From positions 2,161 to 66,160 of the forward strand of contig DGUI01000027.1 in NCBI GenBank assembly GCA_002394605.1: a stretch of 64,000 bases of DNA. Reading direction: 5' to 3'. The stretch comes from Mageeibacillus sp. UBA4314 (GTDB lineage Bacteria > Bacillota > Clostridia > Saccharofermentanales > Saccharofermentanaceae). Shown here in pieces: positions 44,630-53,599 of the stretch. The position numbers and the translations under genes are program-made. Position 1 is the stretch's first letter. Each line of letters starts with the position of its first letter. A model generated the notes under the pieces. It was not told where the DNA came from. It did not search any database and saw nothing but the letters and a program-made list of their open reading frames with translations.

Positions 44630-45256
44630 ATGGGCGATGATAAGAATTACGGTTTCTATGCGATGCTCGACAGGATGCAGTATATTGCACGCTGGGGACT
44701 GATGCGTAATTCCAGGACGGAGAATATCAAGGAGCACAGCTTCGATGTGGCTGTGATCGCACAGAGCCTGGCTTTCCTGTATAACCGCAATAACAGCGGA
44801 AAGGAAGGTTTTGAACCACTGGACCCGTACAGGGTCGCGGCATATGGTCTTTACCATGACTGTACTGAGATCTTAACAGGTGATCTTCCCACTCCCATCA
44901 AGTACAGGAACAAGGAGATAACAAGGGCTTATAAAGAAGTCGAATCAGAGGCTGCAAGGACACTTGCGGGCTTGCTTCCCGAAGACCTTCAGGATGAGTA
45001 TATAGATCTTCTCGACCCTTCTTACGAGGGCGAGGAAGGCGCTGTAATGAAGCGCCTCGTAAAGGCTGCTGACAAGATATCTGCTTACATCAAATGCATG
45101 AGGGAAGAATCTACAGGCAACAGGGAATTCTCTTCTGCCATGAAGACTCTTGAGGATTCCATCAGGGCGATGGAGCTTCCTGAAGCCGATGAGTTCATGA
45201 GGTGTTTTATACCGCCGTTCGGTTATAACCTCGATCAGTTGAACGGGGAGAACTGA
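44630..45256 (+). CDS. yfbR: 5'-deoxynucleotidase YfbR-like HD protein
   Basis: RMQYI.RWGLMRN.R.ENI.EHSF.VA, YHDC.EI.TGDLPTPIKY, VKAADKISAYIKC..E...GN.EF. Confidence 0.9.
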   Translation: MGDDKNYGFYAMLDRMQYIARWGLMRNSRTENIKEHSFDVAVIAQSLAFLYNRNNSGKEGFEPLDPYRVAAYGLYHDCTEILTGDLPTPIKYRNKEITRAYKEVESEAARTLAGLLPEDLQDEYIDLLDPSYEGEEGAVMKRLVKAADKISAYIKCMREESTGNREFSSAMKTLEDSIRAMELPEADEFMRCFIPPFGYNLDQLNGEN

Positions 45257-45267
45257 GAGGACGGGTA

Positions 45268-47772
45268 ATGCGAGGCAAGAGAAGACCTGAATATCTTTTT
45301 CTATCCCTTGGTTTTGCTCTGGCGGGGATCATAGTCACGATCCTGATGATGATCGTGATGATATCCTCATCCCATTCCGGCGTCTCCAAAGACCAGGGAT
45401 TAGAACAGATCGTGGGAAGGGCTGAGAAGATATCAGGAAGTTCTTCTTCTGCACAGAACAGGATATCAGGTGGCATGTATTCGCTCGGGGACTATCTCAT
45501 CTCAGTATTCGAATCACCGGAGTATCTTGCTTCCTGTGAGAACGATCAGAGATTTGCTTCAGATCTTGTCATGGTACTTAAGGGCAGTGATGACATCAAC
45601 GCCGTAACAGAGGTAATGTCCGCACTGGGCAGTGAGACCAGGATGAGTGTCATCAGCAGGATGTCAGGCGATATAAAGAGCAGTTACAAGGCTACCGGCA
45701 GGCTTCCCGGCCCGGATGAAGGTTATGTGGCATCGGCAAGTGTGAATGAAGGCTTTACCCGGGAAGGAAGCATCCTCATGGGGATCAATAAGACATCCGG
45801 ATCGCTTCAGTACAAAGGCAGCGGGATAAGAGCAGATATCCTTACTGACGGTTCGATCTGTCACGGTTACCTTAATCTCGGAGATGCCGGCGTATCCGGG
45901 GAGAGGGCTTTCGAGGTGTCATGGGATACGGCGCAGGCAAGACCGGGGCATCACAACGTTGATCTTCTCTTCAGGACGCAAGACGGCAGGAGCTTTGTGG
46001 TACCGGGAGGAGAGACGGACATACCTGATTTTGAAGATATAGCAAATGACAGGGCTTATGAAGGAGTCCTTCCTTCGGACTCTGATTCTTCGTGGTACAG
46101 GTTCAATTGCGAAGACCGCGATGCATATGTGAACATTGTTGGTATGACCGGCGATCTCAAGGCATCCCTGTATGATCTTTACGGGAATCTTATCGGAACA
46201 AATGACATCAGTGGGACCGGATATGAAGTGCTGCGTGCGAAGAGCCAGGATATTGCTCAGGCTTCGAAGATCACCGGTATAGAAGGATTGTCCAACTGTT
46301 TTTATGTCCGCATACAGCGCGGAGACGGCGTGGAAGATCCCGGTCAGGACATAGACTACATGCTCGTCCAGAGCCGTGACGTTGCCAGATATAACGGCAC
46401 ATACATGGCCGTAATAGAGAATGACGGAGAGAATGTTAAGCTCATCGATAAGGATCGCGACATGTTCGAAGAGGCAGTATCCAAGGCGGATCTGCTTCCG
46501 CTGAACGGAACCCTTTGTGATGTGTCCGTGAAAAACGGGGTTACGGGGGAAGCGGTCAATGTGTGGCCCGGATTTGATCCGCTCAAGAATGAATATGCAT
46601 ACTATATGACGGGCGCTTCCGAAGTCAAGGTATCTGCAGTATCCCAGGAGGGATATGCCGGCAAGGTCTCTCTTAATGCAGGTGATAAGCAGATCAGCGT
46701 TGAGGGTGGTGAATATGACATCTATCTTGATAACGGCCTTAATGTCATGAACATTGAAGTTCAGTCCTTTACCGGTGACATCAATGAGTATAAGTTCTAT
46801 TTTCTCTGCGGCGATGATGACAGTGAATTTTACAGGACTACATTGTCCGCTTTCCCCAAGTCATATACGAACGGACTGCTCCTCCTTCACATCCAGCATC
46901 CTGATTACAAGTTCACGCCTTATGACACCGGACTTGATTTCAACGAGGTGCTCAAGGTGGAGGATTCCGGCGGAAGGAGCCTGGCGACCAACAGGTATAA
47001 CCCGACTTATGTCAGACCCGATTCCAGGATCTATGATGCGCCTGACTGGATGGCCGTTAAGACTGAAGTCGTAAGCTATTACATGGATCCGCGCAATTTC
47101 CTTGTTACCGACAGGGTATTCATGTTCGAGAGGCAGTCTTATAACCCGCAGTATCATACGGCAGAAGGCGTTAAGGCAATGATCTCAGGTACGTTCATGG
47201 ACACTGATGATTATGATTATGCCTCAGCGATCATGAGCGCGGCTCAGACGAGCGGTGTATCACCTTATCTCCTTACGAGCAGGATCCTCACCGAAATGGG
47301 GTCGAACGGGCAGTCCAAACTTGCTTCCGGAACCGTTGAGGGATTTGAAGGGTACTATAATTTCTATAACATCGGTTCTTACGGAACGACCGAAGAAGGC
47401 GGACCTGTGCTGAAGGGTGCGCAGTATGCGCGCTGGGGCTACGATCCGGAAGAGCAGCAGATCTCGGAGAAGGAAGCTTCTTATCTGCTTCCCTGGGATA
47501 CAAGGGAGAAGGCGATCACGGGCGGAGCATTATGGATAGCTGCAGGTTATATCAATAACGGACAGGATACATTGTATTTCCAGAAGTTTGATGTCGTGGA
47601 CAACGGCACCGGCCTGTATGATCACCAGTATGCGGGAAATATAATGATGGCATATTCGGAAGGTAACAGGTATTATAAGAGTTATCTTAAGACAGGCCAG
47701 CTTGATAATACTTTTGAGTTCATCATCCCGGTCTACGGTAATATGCCCGAACAATACGGAGATCTGCCATGA
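45268..47772 (+). CDS. Membrane-anchored multidomain peptidoglycan hydrolase (cadherin-like beta-sandwich + GH73-like glucosaminidase)
   Basis: N-terminal TM; 'GFDP.K.EY.Y' cadherin-like domain; C-terminal YYMDPRNFL, GVSPY.L.SR...E.G, GYYNFYNIG, GQDTLYFQKF, HQYA.NI. Confidence 0.75.
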   Translation: MRGKRRPEYLFLSLGFALAGIIVTILMMIVMISSSHSGVSKDQGLEQIVGRAEKISGSSSSAQNRISGGMYSLGDYLISVFESPEYLASCENDQRFASDLVMVLKGSDDINAVTEVMSALGSETRMSVISRMSGDIKSSYKATGRLPGPDEGYVASASVNEGFTREGSILMGINKTSGSLQYKGSGIRADILTDGSICHGYLNLGDAGVSGERAFEVSWDTAQARPGHHNVDLLFRTQDGRSFVVPGGETDIPDFEDIANDRAYEGVLPSDSDSSWYRFNCEDRDAYVNIVGMTGDLKASLYDLYGNLIGTNDISGTGYEVLRAKSQDIAQASKITGIEGLSNCFYVRIQRGDGVEDPGQDIDYMLVQSRDVARYNGTYMAVIENDGENVKLIDKDRDMFEEAVSKADLLPLNGTLCDVSVKNGVTGEAVNVWPGFDPLKNEYAYYMTGASEVKVSAVSQEGYAGKVSLNAGDKQISVEGGEYDIYLDNGLNVMNIEVQSFTGDINEYKFYFLCGDDDSEFYRTTLSAFPKSYTNGLLLLHIQHPDYKFTPYDTGLDFNEVLKVEDSGGRSLATNRYNPTYVRPDSRIYDAPDWMAVKTEVVSYYMDPRNFLVTDRVFMFERQSYNPQYHTAEGVKAMISGTFMDTDDYDYASAIMSAAQTSGVSPYLLTSRILTEMGSNGQSKLASGTVEGFEGYYNFYNIGSYGTTEEGGPVLKGAQYARWGYDPEEQQISEKEASYLLPWDTREKAITGGALWIAAGYINNGQDTLYFQKFDVVDNGTGLYDHQYAGNIMMAYSEGNRYYKSYLKTGQLDNTFEFIIPVYGNMPEQYGDLP

Positions 47773-49208
47773 GAACAGTGATCAGACGACGCATATGTGC
47801 ATTTATGGTATTGGTCATGACCTTATCGGTCATTGTCTATCTCATGCCTTCAAGGGATGCGGATGCGGCAAGTCTCATCAATCTGTCGGTCAAGGCGAAT
47901 AACACGGACCCCGGTGCGGGTGATGTAGTGACCATTTCCGTCTATGCTGATAATTTCCCTGAGATAGTCAGCTTCGGTCCCATGAAGATACATTTCGATG
48001 CGGCACTTGCCGAGTATGTTTCCGTTGAACTGGGACCTGAGATATCTTCGTTCATCTACAATGTCACCCAGGACAATAATTACGTTAACATATCTGCGAT
48101 CGACCAGTATTTCCAGGATGGTGAGTCAGAGCATTCTGCGTTCGATATCGATGAGCAGATGATACTGTTCACGATATCGTTCAGAGTTAAGCAGGATGCA
48201 TCGGGACAGATCCCGTTCTGGATCGAAGAGCCGGGCGATTTTATCTCCTCAGACGGCAAGAAGGTATCCACTGTAGTCGACAATTCGATCAGTGTTACGA
48301 TAAGCAACAGGATCTCAAGTGAAGCTGCTCTTCTCAGCCTGTCGATCAATGAGGGTACGATCGAGCCTCCTTTCGATACGGACATTACTGAATATGAGGC
48401 AACGGTTGAGAGGACAGTAACAGATCTGTATGTAAACGCTACGCCTTCCAATCTGTGGGCCGGCATCGTCATCAACGGCAACAACAATCTTCAGATAGGC
48501 GAGAACTTCGTTACGGTCATAGTTACGGCTCAGGACGGGGTAACGCAGAAGGAATACCACATCAAGGTAACACGTAAAGAGAGCTATGTACCTGACAATG
48601 CGGTCCTTGTTGATGACAAGGGCGTATCGTACAATTTCCTTGATTATCCGCAGAATACTGATCCGCCGGAAGGATTTACGACAGGTATCAAGACGATAAA
48701 CGATTTCTCGGTGCCGGCATTTGTCAAGGATGGATTCTCAAGCGTACTGTTCTATCTGTACGACGGTGAGAACCCTCCGGGTCTGTATCTGTATAACGAG
48801 GATCTTAAGACAGTTATCCCTTACAGGGAGGATCTTACGGTAATGCAGAGCAGCAAGATACTGTTCAGGGCTAATATTCCCGAAGATCTGGAACTTCCCA
48901 AAGATTTTGTTAATAGCGAACGCGCGATCAATGATATACTCTATACCGGTTATACTGATGCCGAGGGAAGATTCGTGTGTTATCTGGCGGATGAGGCCGG
49001 AGAGGCTGATTTCTACTCTTATGATGAGGTGGATCATATATTTGTAAGGTATGTTCCGGTTGACAGAACGGCTCAGAAAGCCTATAGTGCTTTGTTGACG
49101 GTGTTCATGATCACCACGGCTGTAGAAGCCCTGTTCCTGGTCGTTATTGTCATCATCGTGCACAGGGTTCTCTCACAGAGGAAGAATCCGAAGCCGAGAA
49201 GAGTTTAA
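47769..49208 (+). CDS. Surface protein with cohesin domain + cadherin-like beta-sandwich + C-terminal TM
   Basis: Signal peptide; 'GDVVTISV.......SFG..I.FD...EYVSV' and 'LFTISFRVK' cohesin pattern; 'A.LLSL.I..G.IEP.F..DITEY...V' cadherin-like domain. Confidence 0.72.
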   Translation: MRTVIRRRICAFMVLVMTLSVIVYLMPSRDADAASLINLSVKANNTDPGAGDVVTISVYADNFPEIVSFGPMKIHFDAALAEYVSVELGPEISSFIYNVTQDNNYVNISAIDQYFQDGESEHSAFDIDEQMILFTISFRVKQDASGQIPFWIEEPGDFISSDGKKVSTVVDNSISVTISNRISSEAALLSLSINEGTIEPPFDTDITEYEATVERTVTDLYVNATPSNLWAGIVINGNNNLQIGENFVTVIVTAQDGVTQKEYHIKVTRKESYVPDNAVLVDDKGVSYNFLDYPQNTDPPEGFTTGIKTINDFSVPAFVKDGFSSVLFYLYDGENPPGLYLYNEDLKTVIPYREDLTVMQSSKILFRANIPEDLELPKDFVNSERAINDILYTGYTDAEGRFVCYLADEAGEADFYSYDEVDHIFVRYVPVDRTAQKAYSALLTVFMITTAVEALFLVVIVIIVHRVLSQRKNPKPRRV

Positions 49209-49224
49209 AGGAGTATTTGTAATA

Positions 49225-49830
49225 ATGGGTGCAATAAAAACAGTATTGTACGGTGGAGAGCATCTGAGCGAGAAGCAGGAGAAGTTCCGTAAGATATTTA
49301 TGTATCTTGTCTGTGGTGCTTTCACTACGGTTGTCAATAATGCTGCATTTCTGATCTTCGACCTTGTGGTCAAGCAGAAAGCAAATGTGTCCATCTTCGG
49401 ATATGAATTTGATATGATGGTCCTGCTCAACCAGGTTATAGCATGGACCCTTGCCGTTCTGGCAGCATACATCACCAACAGGATCTTTGTATTCAGATCT
49501 TCAGGAAGCGTAGTAAGGGAGCTTTTGAGCTTTGCGGCTGCGAGAGTCGTATCATTCCTGATCCTTGAACTCGGAGTGTTCGCGATCATGATCGCTATCT
49601 GTGAAGGACTGTTCGGCATTCCTCAGGAACAGCCGGTGTTCACGATCGGCAGCTTCAATTTCACATATCTGTATCTGCTCAAGGTACTTAACTCGATCTT
49701 AGTTATTATCGCAAACTATATTATGAGCAAATTGTTCGTATTTAAGAAAGAAGACCTGAAATCATATGACGGACAAAAGACCGACGGCGAACAGGGATCA
49801 GATACCGAAGTTCCTGACAGAAGCGAATAG
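49225..49830 (+). CDS. GtrA-family polyprenol-phosphate-sugar flippase
   Basis: YLVCGAFTTVVN, 'AW.LAV..AYITNR.FVFRS', 'IIANY..SK.FVFK'. Confidence 0.88.
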   Translation: MGAIKTVLYGGEHLSEKQEKFRKIFMYLVCGAFTTVVNNAAFLIFDLVVKQKANVSIFGYEFDMMVLLNQVIAWTLAVLAAYITNRIFVFRSSGSVVRELLSFAAARVVSFLILELGVFAIMIAICEGLFGIPQEQPVFTIGSFNFTYLYLLKVLNSILVIIANYIMSKLFVFKKEDLKSYDGQKTDGEQGSDTEVPDRSE

Positions 49831-51193
49831 ATTCGGGATCAATCCCGGCCTTACCAGGATCAAAAGGTTGTGTGAGCTTCTCGGACATCCCGAGAAGTCC
49901 TTCAGGGTTATCCATATAGCAGGTACCAACGGCAAAGGCTCGGCAACGGCATTTGCTTCATGCATGCTGGCTTCTTCGGGGCTTAAGGTGGGTGTGTATA
50001 CATCTCCTTTCCTGGAGCGTTTCTCTGAGCGTATCAGGGTGATAGACGGTTACGAAGGACTGATCTCTTATTCAGAGGATGATTCATATGGCGAGATAGA
50101 TACTGATTCACTATACAGGCTTTCTGAGGAAGTCAGGAAGGCATGTGACAAGGTGACAGCTGAAGGGATCGAGCACCCCACGGAATTTGAACTCGTAACC
50201 GCAGTCTGCTTCCTTTATTTCAAGGAGCAGGGAATAGATATAGCAGTCATGGAGACCGGGCTTGGCGGAAAGCTCGACTCGACTAATGTTTTTGACGATC
50301 CCATTGCAACGGTGATCACTTCGGTGGGACTTGATCATATGGGAGTCCTTGGAGATACGGTCGACGACATCGCTCATGAGAAAGCAGGCATATTCAAGAA
50401 GGGGTGTCCTGCGTTCTGCCCTGATCCGCACAGCATGATATTAACTCCGGAAGAAGCGGATGCCGTAGAGAAGAGACTTAAGGAGGAAGCAGACCTTACA
50501 GGCTGCCCCTTAACGTTCATATCTCCGCGGACAGATACGGTCAGGTATACGGATGACCACAGGATGAGGTTTGTCTCTGATGCTCTGGGCGGCAGGGAGA
50601 TCATAACGTCCCTTGCAGGAGACCATCAGTGTTCAAACTGTTCCGTAGCAGTAAGTGCTGTCCTTGAGGCAGCAGCAATGTGGCCTCAGATAACGGCTGA
50701 TACATGCATGGAGGGGATCAGGCTGACACGCTGGAAATGCAGGGCTGAGATCATGTCAGATGACCCCTGTGTGGTCCTTGACGGCGGTCATAACCCGCAG
50801 GGCGCCAGGAGCTTTGTTGATGTGTACGGCAGACTCGACGGCGGAAAGCTGATAGATAAGCCCGTAAGGCTCGTGACAGGCGTCATGGGCGACAAGGATA
50901 TCTCAGGGATAGTAGAGCAGTATAAGGCAGGCGGTCTTAAGATAGGCGAGATATGGCCCGTCAAGGTGGATAACCCCAGAACGGCACTCCCCGATGACCT
51001 TTATAATATTTTTAATAAAGTGTATAATAAAGAGATTGACAGAGGCGGATCAGACATTCCAGAGGAGGCTGTACGGCTCGCCTATGCAAGATCACAAACA
51101 GATAACATGCCGCTGGTCGTTACAGGATCCCTGTATCTTCTGGGACAAGTGAGAGGCACATTGAAAGGAATCATCGGATGCACGACTACTTGA
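49766..51193 (+). CDS. folC: Folylpolyglutamate synthase/dihydrofolate synthase
   Basis: IHIAGTNGKGS, VYTSPFL, E.GLGGKLDSTN, I.SVGLDH..LG, DGGHNP.G, TGSLYL.G. Confidence 0.94.
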   Translation: MTDKRPTANRDQIPKFLTEANRFGINPGLTRIKRLCELLGHPEKSFRVIHIAGTNGKGSATAFASCMLASSGLKVGVYTSPFLERFSERIRVIDGYEGLISYSEDDSYGEIDTDSLYRLSEEVRKACDKVTAEGIEHPTEFELVTAVCFLYFKEQGIDIAVMETGLGGKLDSTNVFDDPIATVITSVGLDHMGVLGDTVDDIAHEKAGIFKKGCPAFCPDPHSMILTPEEADAVEKRLKEEADLTGCPLTFISPRTDTVRYTDDHRMRFVSDALGGREIITSLAGDHQCSNCSVAVSAVLEAAAMWPQITADTCMEGIRLTRWKCRAEIMSDDPCVVLDGGHNPQGARSFVDVYGRLDGGKLIDKPVRLVTGVMGDKDISGIVEQYKAGGLKIGEIWPVKVDNPRTALPDDLYNIFNKVYNKEIDRGGSDIPEEAVRLAYARSQTDNMPLVVTGSLYLLGQVRGTLKGIIGCTTT

Positions 51194-52074
51194 GTCTTAT
51201 CTTGGGAATAAGCCCGATAGAAGAGAAGGATCTTATCCTTTTTGATGTAAGTGTTGAAGAGAAGGCGAACATCATCAGGCAGTTCAACAGGGCTTTGCTC
51301 AATGCAAAGGGTGACGGTACTGATGTAGCGCAGATCTTCCTCAAGCCGCTGATAACGAAGTACCCGCAGTGGGGTGATACGGCTCTTGTCTTCGGTCTTT
51401 GCCTGGCGCGCGAAGGCCAGTTCTCCAGAGCTGTCCAGAGCCTGGAATTTGCGATCAACAACACGCTCGGTCATGAGCAGTATCTGGCCATTGCCCAGGA
51501 TGCCCTGAGGAAGTGCAAGGAAGATGTTAAGATACCGGCAAGTGAACTTCCGCCGGTCAATTTCGCTGACAAGATGAAGAATGCCCAGATGGCTGAAGGT
51601 TCATCCCCCGCAGAGAGGAAGAACTATCAGGCTCCGATCCTGATGAAAGCGTCCAAGGGCGTTAACTCATTCCAGATGGCATCTGACAAGGAACGCCGCG
51701 ACATAATGATGAGATCGGCTTCCGGCGGAGACGAACTGGCGAGCGATGACATAGATATAGAGAGCATGATGACTCCTGCCGATAAGGCAAGGCTCGGTGT
51801 CAAGATCGGTATCGGCGTGGTGATCCTTGCCGCTGTCGCTCTTCTGGTGTTCCTCGTCATCATCCCTCTTCTCACAAAGCTTAAGCTTGCTGATGAGAAT
51901 GCAGAGAGGATCGATTACATAATGGACAGATTCGAGGAATACAAGGACGATCCTGAGGTCAACCAGGTCCTCGTCGATTATGCCAAGAAGTTCAATATCA
52001 CAAGTATAGACACAACTGCAGTCCAGACTTCCGCTTCCGCGGAGGATACGGCTGCCGCTTCAGAGAAAACTTAA
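51178..52074 (+). CDS. Hypothetical protein with TPR-like N-terminus and C-terminal TM
   Basis: 'FGLCLAREG.F.RA...LE.A' TPR-like helix pair; hydrophobic segment GVVILAAVALLVFLVIIPLL. Confidence 0.5.
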   Translation: MHDYLSLILGISPIEEKDLILFDVSVEEKANIIRQFNRALLNAKGDGTDVAQIFLKPLITKYPQWGDTALVFGLCLAREGQFSRAVQSLEFAINNTLGHEQYLAIAQDALRKCKEDVKIPASELPPVNFADKMKNAQMAEGSSPAERKNYQAPILMKASKGVNSFQMASDKERRDIMMRSASGGDELASDDIDIESMMTPADKARLGVKIGIGVVILAAVALLVFLVIIPLLTKLKLADENAERIDYIMDRFEEYKDDPEVNQVLVDYAKKFNITSIDTTAVQTSASAEDTAAASEKT

Positions 52075-52087
52075 CTTGGAGGGCAAG

Positions 52088-53593
52088 ATGAAGTATATAA
52101 GCACAAGAGGTTACGAGACTAAGTTTACGGCTGCCGAGGCCATCATGCAGGGCATTGCTCCTGACGGAGGTCTCTTCGTTCCTGAGGAGATACCTGTACT
52201 GTCCAGGGGCGATATCGAAGCAATGAAGAATATGAAGTACTACCAGCTGTCTGCCAAGGTACTGTCCAAGTTCCTTGATGGTTTTACCGAAGAGGAACTC
52301 TTGGGCTACACGGCTGCTGCATACGCAGAGGAGAAGTGGGGTGAGAATACGGTTCCCCTCGTACAGATGAACCCGTACAATGACAGGGAGTACATTCTGG
52401 AACTGTGGCATGGTCCCACGTGTGCATTTAAGGATGTTGCACTGCAGCTCCTTCCTCACCTCATGACTGCATCCATCGCCAAGACAGGCGCGAAGGATAA
52501 GGTGTGCATCCTCACAGCGACCTCCGGCGATACTGGCAAGGCAGCTCTTGAGGGATTCAAGGATCTTCCCGGAACGGAGATCATCGTATTCTATCCCACG
52601 GGCGGCGTATCTGAAGCACAGAAGCTCCAGATGGTAACGACGGGCGGCAGTAATACTCATGTCATCGCGGTCAACGGATGCTTTGACGATGCGCAGACGG
52701 GTGTTAAGAAGATCTTCGGCGATGATTCTTTCGCTGCTGACCTCAAGGCGCACGGCATCAGGCTGTCTTCTGCAAACTCGATCAACTGGGGCAGGCTGGT
52801 CCCCCAGATCGCTTACTATGTATATTCTTACGTCGAGCTTCTCAGGACCGAGAAGATCGAAATGGGCGAGGCCATCAACATCGTCGTTCCCACGGGTAAC
52901 TTCGGCAACATCCTTGCTGCATGGTTTGCAAAGCAGATGGGCATCCCGATCCACAAGCTCATCTGTGCGTCCAACCGTAACAAGGTACTCTGTGATTTCT
53001 TCAACAACGGCAAGTATGACCGCAACAGGGAGTTCTACAAGACGACGTCTCCTTCAATGGATATCCTCATCTCCTCCAATCTGGAGAGACTCCTTTTCGA
53101 GGTCACGGAGAATAATTCCGCACTTGTAGTAGAGTGGATGAATTCGCTTTATTCAAAGGGCACATACACGGTCGACCAGAACACTCTTAAGGTCCTTCAC
53201 AGGATGTTCGTAGGCGGATTTGCTGACGAGAAGGGTGTCTATAAGACAATCCTCGATGTATATGACAGGACTGATCATGTGATCGATACGCATACGGCCG
53301 TAGGCTTTAACATCTATAACCGTTATCACCAGAGATCCGGTGATGAGCATAAGACCGTATTTGCTTCCACGGCTTCCCCGTTCAAGTTCGCGCCTGCAGT
53401 AATGGATGCGATCAGGGGCGAAGGCTACAGCAACGGAAGATCTGTTGAGACTGTCATCTCCGAATTGTCGGAAGAGAGCGGCCTTGAGATCCCTGAGGGC
53501 ATCAAGGACCTGTCTTCCAAGGAAATCAGGCACAAGGATGTCATCGATAAAGAAGACATGATGGACAAGGTCAGACAGATACTTATCGGGTAA
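52088..53593 (+). CDS. thrC: Threonine synthase
   Basis: MKYISTRG, G.APDGGLFVP, ELWHGPTCAFKD, TATSGDTG, SANSINWGRL, VPTGNFGN, SPSMDIL.SSN.ERL. Confidence 0.97.
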   Translation: MKYISTRGYETKFTAAEAIMQGIAPDGGLFVPEEIPVLSRGDIEAMKNMKYYQLSAKVLSKFLDGFTEEELLGYTAAAYAEEKWGENTVPLVQMNPYNDREYILELWHGPTCAFKDVALQLLPHLMTASIAKTGAKDKVCILTATSGDTGKAALEGFKDLPGTEIIVFYPTGGVSEAQKLQMVTTGGSNTHVIAVNGCFDDAQTGVKKIFGDDSFAADLKAHGIRLSSANSINWGRLVPQIAYYVYSYVELLRTEKIEMGEAINIVVPTGNFGNILAAWFAKQMGIPIHKLICASNRNKVLCDFFNNGKYDRNREFYKTTSPSMDILISSNLERLLFEVTENNSALVVEWMNSLYSKGTYTVDQNTLKVLHRMFVGGFADEKGVYKTILDVYDRTDHVIDTHTAVGFNIYNRYHQRSGDEHKTVFASTASPFKFAPAVMDAIRGEGYSNGRSVETVISELSEESGLEIPEGIKDLSSKEIRHKDVIDKEDMMDKVRQILIG

Positions 53594-53599
53594 TTCTAT

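Noticed and set aside
47769-49208. Cellulosomal scaffoldin
   Set aside because: Only one cohesin, and no CBM3 or dockerin-bearing enzymes in the window
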